IMG/VR virus record: IMGVR_UViG_3300047476_001246
Length of the DNA: 64,000 nucleotides
From: a virus
Reading direction: 5' to 3' (one strand)
The translations under genes and the position numbers were made by a program. Of this stretch, positions 1 to 9,587 are shown piece after piece; the stretch's first letter is position 1; each line of letters begins with the position of its first letter. The notes below the pieces were generated by a model, which did no database searches, was not told where the DNA came from, and saw only the letters and a program-made list of their open reading frames with translations.

Positions 1-1
1 G

Positions 2-3000
2 GGTTATGGCAATTGGTATGGGTATGGCGGCTATTGGGGTTGGGGCGGTTATAGAACAACAGACTGGGCAACGTTTCCTGAAGCATACCCGATCACTCTG
101 GCCAAAGGTATTAATCAAATAAGAATAGAAGTATCAAACAGCGGCGATGTTGCCGGCTTTGGGATGACCATTGCTGATACCAGCGGCAATATCGTATGGG
201 ACACTAGATCAACTGCGGTAGTATCAGAGTATACACAAACCTGTGGTCGATACACACTAACATCCCCAATGGCCATGGACATAGTAGCTTATCTGTGGGG
301 TGGCGGAGGTGGCGGCGGCGGCATGGACGCCGGCAGTCGTGGGGGTGACGGTGCTCCCGGACAATTTCACAAAGTTAACTTTAGTGTAGAACAAGGCGAT
401 CTTATTGAAGTAGTGGTTGGTGATGGCGGTACAGCTGGATCTAGTAATTCAGGTGGCGCACCAGGCGGCATTGGCGGCGCAAGTAGAGTCAACCTACCGG
501 GTTTTGGTAGCTTCAGTGGAGCCAATGGATCAGCAGCTGGCCCAAGACCTTACTCAGGTGCAGGTGGTGGAGGTGGTGGTGCAAGTTTAGTGTTAGTCAA
601 CGGCGTACCAGTGGCTGTAGCCGGTGGCGGCGGAGGCGGAGGCGGAGCAGGAAACGATGGAAATAGTGCTGGAGTAATTGCGATACGAAATGCGTTAACT
701 GCTTACCCAGACACAGCTCAATTATACTCAGGTGCCACAGCAGTGCAGGTTTCAGGGACTGCTGAACCGTTAAACGGACAGCGAGGACAAGGAAAAAATG
801 GCGATGGTGGCGGCGCCGGAGGTGGCGGCGGCGGTTGGGCAGGCGGATCCGGCGGTACGGTACGCGGAGGCGATTCTAGCTCGTACGGTGGACAATCTGG
901 AGGCAACTATCCATTTAATCAAATTTTTAAACACACACCCGGAAACGTAAGTTTCAGAGCGCCCGACAGTGTTAGTACCATTGAATTAATATCTGCTGTT
1001 GCCGGTGGCGGTGGCGGTGGATCAGGTAATATTTCTCTAGGTGGTGGCGGTGGCGGCGAAGGTGCAAGAGCAAGAAATCTAAGATTTAATGTTGTTCCTG
1101 GTAGACTTTACGAAATCAGCGTGGGCGAAGGCGGAATAGGTGGTAATACTTTAGCAGGATCATATTCTGGCCAAGGTACAATTACAGATGCTAATCTTGT
1201 TATTAGTGCAGGTAGCACCGGCGGCATTACCTCTATTAGAGATACAGTAACAGATACCTATCTACTTAAACTTGGTGGCGGCTACGGCGGTAATGTCATT
1301 GAAGGCGGCAATGGCGGTACAGTAATTACAAATACCAGTTATAATATTGGAAATGAAATTATTGATCTAGGAAATCCAAGTAGTTTTACATTGAGTACAT
1401 ATGCTTCGGTTGCTGCATATTCATCTTTTGGAAGTTTATCTATACCACCGTATGCTAATGTTCTTGGTTCTGAAGTATGTGTGTTTGGATGGGGGTCTAT
1501 ACCATCTGGATCGAATACTAGAACATTAACAACTAACGCTAAAGTTAATCTTACCAATTCAGATGTGTTAACATATTATGTAAACAGAGGAACTGAAAGC
1601 GGCTGGGGCCAAACCCCAGACAAAGGCGAAACATTAAATTTAGAATATAGTGTCAATGGAACAAACTGGGTAGTGATCAATACTGTACCAGTAAATATTG
1701 TGCCTGATACCTGGGCAATACGATCTATTCCAACTCCGGCCGGATGCAAAATAGCCGGCGGGGTTTACTTGCGATTCAGACAACCAACCTCGGGCGGAGC
1801 AGCTACCAAAAGAGATACTTGGGCGTTTTCGTCGCTGTTTAACGGGACCGCAGCAGATTTTGGTTCACTAACTGACGGTGCAGACGGATCATCAACTACA
1901 ACAGCACTCGGAGGCAGCGGCGCCGGTCCAGCAGCTGGGAGAAGTGCCGGTGCAGACGCATTGACTTCAACTGCACAAGGGTCCGATTACGGATGCGGCA
2001 GTGCTGGTGCTGGTAGCGACAAAGTTTCTATTTTTGCAGTCAACCCCAATGATCAAACTCAACCACAAGTGGTTTCAAAAGGTTTTGGTGGTAAAGGTGC
2101 CAATGGCGCTATCACAATAAGATGGGATGACGATAAAAGATTAAACGAAGATGGTGAGCTCAGGGTAGTTTCAAGCGGCGCCTGGAGTTCGTTTATGAAT
2201 AATTATGCAATGTGGCGCAGTGACAATGCTACAGTAGCCACTGTTGTTAGAGGATTTGATGCAGCCTATTCTGGCACATACAAAGTTAGAGGAGCTGCAA
2301 CTGGCACCCTAACAGTTTTCATTGATGATGTCCAAGTGCTAACTACTACCAACAGTAGCGGAACAGACCCCGCACCAGTTTCGATTACACTGTCAAGAGG
2401 GGCACACCAGATCAGATTTAACTTGGAAAGTACTGCATCAGTTAAAGGTTTTGCTGTTAGTATTTCGGACTCAATTGACAAATTATACTGGGATACCAGA
2501 GATAATGTGGGTACCAATCCGCCAGGGCAGAATATGAGATATTATGTGCCTCCGTATGCAAGAGGTGGATCAGCAGGACAAGGCGGAGCAAACGGAGCAG
2601 TGGCATTAGAAATTTATCCAAGAGGATTTTGTAATGTCAAAGTAGGAGATCAATGGCGCAATGTCACAGCCGCATCAGTTAAAGTATCGGGCACCTGGAG
2701 AGACATTGCTGGCATATATGTAAAAGTAAATGGCAGTTGGAAACCCGCAGGATCTGCAGGCGATCTAACAACATTGATTTTTAATCAGCAATTTGGCAAT
2801 TATGCAACCCAAGACAGAGAAGGAATACCTGCTGGGTCCGGAGGTGGTGGCGGAGGCTGTAAGATCATTTGCACCAAACTACACGAACTGGGATACTTAC
2901 CGGATCACATCTATGCAGCCGATGAACTGTTTGGAGAATATCTACGTGAACATGATCCAGCAGCTTACTACGGATATGTGCGTTGGGCCAGCGTGGTTGT

Positions 3001-3325
3001 TGACTGGATGGAAAAAGATGGTCCACAATGTATGTTCTGGATACGCGACAAAGAAAAGCGCGGCCAAGCACAAAGAGATTTGGCTATAAGCTGGGCACGT
3101 AGAATTGCTACACCATGGGCACAACACATGGCTTACAAAATGGGTGTAGAAAAAGAAGACAGCCGCGCCGGACGAGCTATTATGAAAACTGGTTTGTTTA
3201 TCAGCAGAATGATTGGTAAGTTCTCCAAAGCAGACAAGCCAACCAAGTCTGTGGTCACAGGATATGCTATGTGGGCAGCATTTGGATTGTTCTACGTGCT
3301 AGCCGGTTTAAAGGATAAAAAATAA
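2..3325 (+). CDS. Large glycine-rich tail fibre/virion protein, 5'-truncated by the window edge
   Basis: The frame is open from base 2 (GYGNWYGYGGYWGWGG...), so the ATG at 164 is probably internal. Multiple poly-Gly blocks, a reelin/carbohydrate-binding-like segment (LEYSVNGTNW...YLRFRQ...DTWA), a PA14-like segment, three VKVxGxW repeats and a C-terminal GGGGGCKIICT domain. Confidence 0.75.
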   Translation, partial: GYGNWYGYGGYWGWGGYRTTDWATFPEAYPITLAKGINQIRIEVSNSGDVAGFGMTIADTSGNIVWDTRSTAVVSEYTQTCGRYTLTSPMAMDIVAYLWGGGGGGGGMDAGSRGGDGAPGQFHKVNFSVEQGDLIEVVVGDGGTAGSSNSGGAPGGIGGASRVNLPGFGSFSGANGSAAGPRPYSGAGGGGGGASLVLVNGVPVAVAGGGGGGGGAGNDGNSAGVIAIRNALTAYPDTAQLYSGATAVQVSGTAEPLNGQRGQGKNGDGGGAGGGGGGWAGGSGGTVRGGDSSSYGGQSGGNYPFNQIFKHTPGNVSFRAPDSVSTIELISAVAGGGGGGSGNISLGGGGGGEGARARNLRFNVVPGRLYEISVGEGGIGGNTLAGSYSGQGTITDANLVISAGSTGGITSIRDTVTDTYLLKLGGGYGGNVIEGGNGGTVITNTSYNIGNEIIDLGNPSSFTLSTYASVAAYSSFGSLSIPPYANVLGSEVCVFGWGSIPSGSNTRTLTTNAKVNLTNSDVLTYYVNRGTESGWGQTPDKGETLNLEYSVNGTNWVVINTVPVNIVPDTWAIRSIPTPAGCKIAGGVYLRFRQPTSGGAATKRDTWAFSSLFNGTAADFGSLTDGADGSSTTTALGGSGAGPAAGRSAGADALTSTAQGSDYGCGSAGAGSDKVSIFAVNPNDQTQPQVVSKGFGGKGANGAITIRWDDDKRLNEDGELRVVSSGAWSSFMNNYAMWRSDNATVATVVRGFDAAYSGTYKVRGAATGTLTVFIDDVQVLTTTNSSGTDPAPVSITLSRGAHQIRFNLESTASVKGFAVSISDSIDKLYWDTRDNVGTNPPGQNMRYYVPPYARGGSAGQGGANGAVALEIYPRGFCNVKVGDQWRNVTAASVKVSGTWRDIAGIYVKVNGSWKPAGSAGDLTTLIFNQQFGNYATQDREGIPAGSGGGGGGCKIICTKLHELGYLPDHIYAADELFGEYLREHDPAAYYGYVRWASVVVDWMEKDGPQCMFWIRDKEKRGQAQRDLAISWARRIATPWAQHMAYKMGVEKEDSRAGRAIMKTGLFISRMIGKFSKADKPTKSVVTGYAMWAAFGLFYVLAGLKDKK

Positions 3326-3729
3326 TGGGTATATCATTAGAAGAATATTTGCGTAATAGAGAATCCTGCTCGGTATGTGATGCAAATGGCGACACAGATC
3401 ATTGCAAAACTACCATGCTTAGTAGGGTCGATAATTGTCTCATTTATAATAGCATATTATTCAATGATGATCCCTACGATGACAACGACGTGCTGCTATT
3501 ACAGAATCTCAGAAGCGAACTAAAAGAAGAAAAAATAATCGAATATTATATAAGATCTGAACGACTAGTAAAACACGCTAAATATGTTTTTGATCAGTCA
3601 TTTTGGTCTTTGCTGTACAAAAAGCACGTAGGTAGAATAGTTGCCAATTTGAAAGCCGGCGACAAAGAAAGCTCAATATCTGGCATTTTTGTAATGCTGG
3701 ACAGCTTGGAACAAGATTTCCAATTATAA
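3325..3729 (+). CDS. Hypothetical protein resembling a CFI-box-CTERM-like domain
   Basis: 134 aa ORF; its ATG overlaps the upstream stop (TAATG). Pattern CLIYNS..DD..LLQNLR...IIEYY...LVK. Confidence 0.5.
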   Translation: MGISLEEYLRNRESCSVCDANGDTDHCKTTMLSRVDNCLIYNSILFNDDPYDDNDVLLLQNLRSELKEEKIIEYYIRSERLVKHAKYVFDQSFWSLLYKKHVGRIVANLKAGDKESSISGIFVMLDSLEQDFQL

Positions 3730-3736
3730 ACCATCA

Positions 3737-3742
3737 TAAATA
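3737..3742 (+). promoter_or_regulatory. Putative late promoter (TAAATA)
   Basis: CATAAATAAC in the intergenic gap, followed by a GGAG RBS and the ATG at 3764. Confidence 0.5.
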
Positions 3743-3763
3743 ACAGAGTCGGAGAATACTTAA

Positions 3764-5413
3764 ATGGCATACAATATTACTTTATCAAATGGTGGGACAC
3801 TTATTACAGGTGGATTACCCGACGGGACCATTGATACTACAAATTCAAGCTTGACACTAGTCGGCAAAAACTATCCTGGATATGGAACATTTCTAAACGA
3901 AAATATGATCCATTTAATGGAAAATTTTGCCAACGGCGCAGCTCCAACTGCACCTTTGCCGGGACAATTATGGTGGGATACATCAGGTAAAGTTATCAAG
4001 GTCAATACCGCATCAACCAAAGGTACCGCGGCCAGTGCATGGAAACCCATGGCAACAATGAGCGCAGGCTCGAGCCAGCCTAACAATCCTATTGTGGGCG
4101 AACAGTGGTGGGATACATCTAATTTACAATTAAAAGTATATAACGGAACAACTTGGACCGCAGTAGGCCCATTAACAACAAGTGCTACCGGTAATACTGG
4201 TGCTGTTCCTGACACAATTGTAGCAACAAGCCCATCGGCTACCTATGTTGTTCTTAAATTTTATATTGATAACACTCTAGTTGGTATTTGGAGTAAAGAA
4301 CCAACTTTCAGTACAGCAGTACCTGGATTCGGTACAGTTAAAACCGGATTAAACTTGGCTACAAATATTTCGAACATGGCATTCCAAGGAACTGCCGATG
4401 TAGCAAACAACTTATATTATAGTGCATTGTTTCCTAGTGTACCTGGTAGCAGTTTTCTTAGAAATGATACCAGCGGAACAGTTAACGGTGCATTGAGCAT
4501 CACAAACGACACTGGTTTAAAAGTTGGTGTTGCAAGCGATTTTGAAGCAACAGTCAGCAGTGGTGAAGTCACTCTAAGAAACGTCACCAACAACAAAGAC
4601 TTTGTTTTAAGTTTAAAGAAATCATCAGTTCAGTCGCCATTCCTAAGAGGCAATGCTGCTTCTGGGTTGCCTGAAGCTTATGCTAGCCCAACAGCATCGT
4701 CAAGTGCATTTTCTCTAGCAACAAAAGATTATGTTGACACTATCCTAGGTGGCGGTGTTGGTATTAGTACATTCTCTGCCAGCCTGAATCCACAATCTAA
4801 CGTGACCTATACACTAGGAAACGTGACCAATAGATGGAGTAATGTGTTTACGCAAGGTATGTTGATTGGTAATGTGTTTGCTGCTAACGTAAACACAACC
4901 CGAGCAAACCTTACTACAGCATATGTAGCCGGGGCAATATTACCAACATCAAATACCACAGTTAATTTAGGTAGTACAGGAATGTGGTTTAACACATTCT
5001 ACGGTGTGTCAGTACAAGCACAATATGCTGACTTGGCAGAAAGATTTGAAGCCGATCGTCCGTACAATCCAGGAACTGTTGTTGCTCTTGGCGGAGTCAA
5101 AGAAATTACAGCCGCAGTAGACGAACTCAGTGAAGACGTTTTTGGCGTCATAAGTACTAAAGCAGCATACTTGATGAATGGTGCTGCTGGATCAGACGAA
5201 ACTCATCCTCCTGTAGCTGTCAACGGTCGTGTTCCTGTTAGAGTAATTGGTAAAATACGCAAAGGTGACAGATTGGTTAGTGCCGGAAATGGACTGGCTA
5301 GATCAGGAAACAAAAACGAACTTTCTGCATTTAATGTTATTGGCCGTTCTTTAGAAAATAAAAACACTGACGGCGAGGGTGTTGTTGAAGCTATCGTCAA
5401 ATTGAATAGTTAA
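3764..5413 (+). CDS. Tail fibre/baseplate-associated protein with a C-terminal intramolecular chaperone/auto-cleavage-type domain
   Basis: N-terminal LTLVGKNYPGYG..LNEN..HLMENFA, two GxxWWDT repeats and C-terminal AQYADLAERF..PGTVV...GRVPVRV.G...KGDRLVS, typical of large-phage fibre proteins. Confidence 0.7.
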   Translation: MAYNITLSNGGTLITGGLPDGTIDTTNSSLTLVGKNYPGYGTFLNENMIHLMENFANGAAPTAPLPGQLWWDTSGKVIKVNTASTKGTAASAWKPMATMSAGSSQPNNPIVGEQWWDTSNLQLKVYNGTTWTAVGPLTTSATGNTGAVPDTIVATSPSATYVVLKFYIDNTLVGIWSKEPTFSTAVPGFGTVKTGLNLATNISNMAFQGTADVANNLYYSALFPSVPGSSFLRNDTSGTVNGALSITNDTGLKVGVASDFEATVSSGEVTLRNVTNNKDFVLSLKKSSVQSPFLRGNAASGLPEAYASPTASSSAFSLATKDYVDTILGGGVGISTFSASLNPQSNVTYTLGNVTNRWSNVFTQGMLIGNVFAANVNTTRANLTTAYVAGAILPTSNTTVNLGSTGMWFNTFYGVSVQAQYADLAERFEADRPYNPGTVVALGGVKEITAAVDELSEDVFGVISTKAAYLMNGAAGSDETHPPVAVNGRVPVRVIGKIRKGDRLVSAGNGLARSGNKNELSAFNVIGRSLENKNTDGEGVVEAIVKLNS

Positions 5414-5425
5414 AAGGATTTTAGT

Positions 5426-6361
5426 ATGTCATACGCTCAAGGCGATTTAATCGAAGCAGCCGATTATAACAATTTAATCAATGGTACAAACCAATTAAAT
5501 ACAGTTTGGTCAACCGGATCAGGTGATGCAGGATACGGTCAAACTGCAATCAGTACGGTTGCTGCCGGTTCTCTAGTCACTGCGACTCAATGGGCAACAT
5601 TGATTAATACTCTTAATTCTACGTTAACTCATCAGTCTGGTAGCGGCTCTGGTATAACCGCGGTGACGTCAGGTCAGCGAATAGATTGGTTAAGCACTTT
5701 GCAGACCAATATTACCACTGCTTACTCAAACAGAGTAAATGCAAACGCCACTGGAACCGCGGTCACAGGAAGTTCGTTGACAACAGCATGGACTATATCT
5801 ACAACCCAGGGAACCGACCCAGGAACAGCAGCACGAGCGTTTGGAGCAAGAGCTACATTTGCCAGTGCAGATGCAGCTAGATATTTTTTCAATGCCGGCG
5901 GCAGATTGGCTTTTGTGTGTACAGCTACAGGTACTGGAAACAGATCCAGTGCGGTGGTTAATTTAGCAAACTACATTGGTGGTGTTAATACTTTTAGAAC
6001 CACAACCAATGGCGGTAGAACAGGCACTGGTGGTACATTAAATACCAACGATACCACAATAGGTTATTACGATTTAACCACGGCAAACGCTACTATAGTT
6101 TCTGTTAGTAGTCTTACAACCAATTACACTTCAGATACTGCAACCTTGCTTGTAAGATCAAACGGTCCACAGGGTGCAAACGGCGACGCCGGTTCACAAG
6201 TTGATTTCTGGTTGGTTTTATCATCAACATCGGGCGGAAACGCTGGCGGCAGTTTTGATGACTCATTGAATGTGACACCAGATCGTCGCATTGATGTCAC
6301 ATATCCGTCAACTGGCAGTCTTTCCAATACCTGGGGCGCAGTGACAATTAGCTCAATTTAA
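5426..6361 (+). CDS. Virion structural protein (Thr/Gly/Ser-rich)
   Basis: 311 aa ORF with an AAGGA RBS, in the structural cluster; ARYFFNAGG motif. Confidence 0.55.
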   Translation: MSYAQGDLIEAADYNNLINGTNQLNTVWSTGSGDAGYGQTAISTVAAGSLVTATQWATLINTLNSTLTHQSGSGSGITAVTSGQRIDWLSTLQTNITTAYSNRVNANATGTAVTGSSLTTAWTISTTQGTDPGTAARAFGARATFASADAARYFFNAGGRLAFVCTATGTGNRSSAVVNLANYIGGVNTFRTTTNGGRTGTGGTLNTNDTTIGYYDLTTANATIVSVSSLTTNYTSDTATLLVRSNGPQGANGDAGSQVDFWLVLSSTSGGNAGGSFDDSLNVTPDRRIDVTYPSTGSLSNTWGAVTISSI

Positions 6362-6370
6362 ACAAAAAAA

Positions 6371-6399
6371 TTGCATTTTCAGACTGGTTAGTGTACAAT
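6371..6399 (+). promoter_or_regulatory. Sigma70-type promoter at the head of the tailoring island
   Basis: TTGCAT-17 bp-TACAAT; a 9-bp inverted repeat (ACTGGTTAG/CTAACCAGT) flanks the -10 box. Confidence 0.55.
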
Positions 6400-6427
6400 A
6401 GTATCCTAACCAGTTTCTATATTCACA

Positions 6428-6742
6428 ATGGATAATGTTGACTTACTAGTAAAGCAAATACGTCAAGCCACGGACTTTCAAAAAAATAAACTCATTTTGA
6501 GAGAAAAAATACAAACAGATCTGCATTTGGCACATGCCGGCGGGCTATTTAAAATCACGCCAGAATTGATTGCCTTTGTAAAGACCTGGCCAGTGGATGA
6601 ACTGTATCTTGAAGATACATATAACAATCCAATCAAAATTGATAGGCAGACATTTTTAGTTCAAGCACAACAGCACTATCAACTGGTAATGAATCGATGG
6701 CACAATGAATACGAAGAGCTCAAAAAAATCAGAAAAATCTAG
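6428..6742 (+). CDS. Hypothetical protein
   Basis: 104 aa ORF, first gene of an overlapping operon. Confidence 0.7.
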   Translation: MDNVDLLVKQIRQATDFQKNKLILREKIQTDLHLAHAGGLFKITPELIAFVKTWPVDELYLEDTYNNPIKIDRQTFLVQAQQHYQLVMNRWHNEYEELKKIRKI

Positions 6743-7493
6743 AGGCATATTGGCCTTTGCATTCAATACACCGACCACAGATTACGTCAGCATTGCCAAT
6801 AATACTTTGGCACTTGCCAGTAAAAAACTTGGTTTGCCTTATACTCTAATTACAGATACAGAGGACAGCACTTTTACAAATACTAGATTTGATATAGATC
6901 AAAAAGCATTTGTTGGCTGGCGAAATTTTAACAGATATAGTGCATACGAGTTGAGTCCATACGACGAAACCGTGGTAATTGATGTTGATTATCTTGTTGT
7001 TGATGACAGTATACTGAAAATATTTGATTGCGAATGGGATTACCTACTGCAACGAAACAGTCATGCGTTAACAGCCGATTGGCCTCGTTTGATGGGCAAT
7101 CAGAGTTTGCCGTATGTTTGGGCTACAGTTTTTGCTTTTAGAAAAACACCCCGGGCCAAATTATTTTTTGATCTAATACAACGAATACAAAAAAACTATT
7201 CGTATTATCGGGCACTGTTTAATATTCAAGAAAGAAATTATCGAAACGATTATGCATTTTCTATAGCTGACATTGTTCTAAACGGTTTTGTAGTAGAAGA
7301 AAAATCAATTCCAGGTAGCATGCTGGCAATCAATCAAGTGATCCACGACGTGCAGTACAAGGATTCAAAATTTGTCATAAGGGACGATTCGTCAGCTTAT
7401 GTAGTGCCTCGTACAAATTTGCATATTATGAGCAAACAATATTTACAATCAGAAAATTTTCACAAGTTGATTAAAGATCTAATAGATGAGTAG
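6705..7493 (+). CDS. Putative GT-A fold glycosyltransferase (GT8-like)
   Basis: SPYDETVVIDVDYL (DxD motif), RNDYAFSIA. Confidence 0.6.
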   Translation: MNTKSSKKSEKSRGILAFAFNTPTTDYVSIANNTLALASKKLGLPYTLITDTEDSTFTNTRFDIDQKAFVGWRNFNRYSAYELSPYDETVVIDVDYLVVDDSILKIFDCEWDYLLQRNSHALTADWPRLMGNQSLPYVWATVFAFRKTPRAKLFFDLIQRIQKNYSYYRALFNIQERNYRNDYAFSIADIVLNGFVVEEKSIPGSMLAINQVIHDVQYKDSKFVIRDDSSAYVVPRTNLHIMSKQYLQSENFHKLIKDLIDE

Positions 7494-8319
7494 ACACAAA
7501 GAACAGTTGGGATTTTTGACTTTTGCAATAAATTCAAAAGAAACAGACTATCTACGACTTGCATATTTGCAGGCATTAACAGTCAAGCACACTCAAAAAA
7601 ATAATAGATACGCAGTTGTGGTAGATTCTTCAACTGCAGAATTAATAAATGACAAGCATAAAAAAGTTTTTGATTATGTAATAGAAATACCAAATCAGGA
7701 TTACAGTCCGTTTGAATATGAGCACTTGGCTTTCAATTTAACTCCTTTTAAAGAAACTATTAAACTAGAATCTGATCTTGTGTTCACCAGATCAATTGAT
7801 CATTGGGTCAATGCATTTCGATTAAGAGATGTCGTTTTAAGTGTGGGTTGTAGAAATTATCAACAAACAAAATCTACTTCACGCAAATATCGTAAACTGT
7901 TCGACGACAATCAGCTGCCGGATACCTATAACGGATTGATGTATTTTAGATACACACAGACCGCAGCCAATTTCTTTAATTGTGCAAAATTGATTTTTAG
8001 TAATTGGGAAACAGTAAAAAAGAATCTGCTCAATTGCGATGATATTGACCCAAGCACGGACGTGGTATATGCATTGGCCGCTAAAATTATAGGCGAAGAA
8101 TTGTGTACTTTGCCCGGTGCTGATTTCATAAATTTTGTACATATGAAACCGGCAATTAATAATTTTAGCGAAGATATTGAATTTGAAAATGTTTTTGTTA
8201 GCGAGTTTGATAACGGGATGGTTAGAGTTAACAATATAAATCAATATCATCCTTTTCATTATTATGACAAAAAATTTATTAAAGATGAGATGATAGAATA
8301 TTATGAATCCAATGGATGA
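7486..8319 (+). CDS. Putative GT-A fold glycosyltransferase, paralog of 6705-7493
   Basis: TPFKETIKLESDLV, YNGLMYF, TDVVYALA, FVHMK. Confidence 0.55.
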   Translation: MSRHKEQLGFLTFAINSKETDYLRLAYLQALTVKHTQKNNRYAVVVDSSTAELINDKHKKVFDYVIEIPNQDYSPFEYEHLAFNLTPFKETIKLESDLVFTRSIDHWVNAFRLRDVVLSVGCRNYQQTKSTSRKYRKLFDDNQLPDTYNGLMYFRYTQTAANFFNCAKLIFSNWETVKKNLLNCDDIDPSTDVVYALAAKIIGEELCTLPGADFINFVHMKPAINNFSEDIEFENVFVSEFDNGMVRVNNINQYHPFHYYDKKFIKDEMIEYYESNG

Positions 8320-8677
8320 ATTTTATAAAGCTTTGAAATTGGTCGAAGAAGAAAATCTCAAACGCTTGCCTGCGGTTAAACAATATAGGATTTATTACGA
8401 CAACGAAGGATTGGTCACAGCGTTTAGTGAAATAGACCATCCCGACGGAGATAACTATATCGTTGTTGATCATCCGGATGTATTCCACAAAGCAAATACA
8501 CTTTTGTTGAGAGTGATTGATAAAAAACTAATTACACTAAATCCCAAGGCCCTTGAACTTACAAGAATAAAAAAATCAACACAGGGACAGCCAGTAGTTA
8601 AAGGTATAGCTGCTGTTGCTTTGGGTGTAGACGAACACTTTTTGGACGTAGAACATTATGACAGAACAAATAATTGA
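8303..8677 (+). CDS. Hypothetical protein
   Basis: 124 aa ORF overlapping both neighbours. Confidence 0.65.
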   Translation: MNPMDEFYKALKLVEEENLKRLPAVKQYRIYYDNEGLVTAFSEIDHPDGDNYIVVDHPDVFHKANTLLLRVIDKKLITLNPKALELTRIKKSTQGQPVVKGIAAVALGVDEHFLDVEHYDRTNN

Positions 8678-9587
8678 TATTGCAGATCTAGACTGCATTT
8701 TTTTAACATATGACGAACCTAAAAAAGAAGAATTTTGGATTAAAATTCAAAATATGGTTCCGTGGGCTAAAAGAGTTGACGGTGTTAAGGGTTCCGATGC
8801 CGCACACAAAGCGGCCGCTGCCGCAAGTGATACCGAACGATTCGTTCTTATTGATGGAGATAATATACCCGACCCTGAGTTTTTTAATCTTCAATTATCG
8901 TTGGACGAAAAGAACCATGATCACGTTTTTAGATGGAAGGCACGTAATGTTATAAATGGATTACGTTATGGCAATGGCGGGGTAAGTTGCTGGACTCGAG
9001 ACTTTGTAATGAACATGCGTACACACGAAGCCAGTCGGGGCGACGAAGAAACTGCTGTGGAGTTTTGTTTTGATCCAAAGTACACTGCCATGCACAATTG
9101 TTATTCAACCACATACCCAAACGGTAGTGCCAAACAAGCATGGCGTGCTGGCTTTCGCGAAGGGGTAAAAATGTGTCTGGATCGTGGACACAAACCTACA
9201 TTGGCAGAGTTCGAAGAAAAAGTTAATAATCGCAACTACGATCATTTGTGTATATGGCAAAGTGTTGGCGCTGATGTTGAGAACGGATACTGGGCCATGT
9301 ATGGTGCAAGACTAGGCACATTCATGATCATGCTTGAAAATTGGGATCATCATTATGTACAAGACTTTGATGTGTTGGAAAAACTATGGGCAAGTTTTAG
9401 TCAAGATGATCCACAAGAAAGCTGCGAAAGAATCGAAAGTGCATTAACTACTAGACTGGGATTGCCGATCGTCACATACACACCCGAACAAAGTAGATTC
9501 TTCAAGCATCACTACAGCACAGGACAACGCAATAGCGAAATCATGATGACTGAAATAGATGTTATCCGTAGGATCGAAGGATGGTAA
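8658..9587 (+). CDS. Putative glycosyltransferase (GT-A-like)
   Basis: FVLIDGDN (DxD), RNVINGLRYGNGGV, AWRAGFREGVK; the latter two motifs recur in the C-terminal half of 25633-27492. Confidence 0.55.
   Translation: MTEQIIDIADLDCIFLTYDEPKKEEFWIKIQNMVPWAKRVDGVKGSDAAHKAAAAASDTERFVLIDGDNIPDPEFFNLQLSLDEKNHDHVFRWKARNVINGLRYGNGGVSCWTRDFVMNMRTHEASRGDEETAVEFCFDPKYTAMHNCYSTTYPNGSAKQAWRAGFREGVKMCLDRGHKPTLAEFEEKVNNRNYDHLCIWQSVGADVENGYWAMYGARLGTFMIMLENWDHHYVQDFDVLEKLWASFSQDDPQESCERIESALTTRLGLPIVTYTPEQSRFFKHHYSTGQRNSEIMMTEIDVIRRIEGW

Noticed and set aside
290-1120. GGCGGT/GGTGGC repeats as a tandem repeat or CRISPR-like array
   Set aside because: They are simply poly-glycine codons inside the fibre gene; there is no repeat-spacer periodicity
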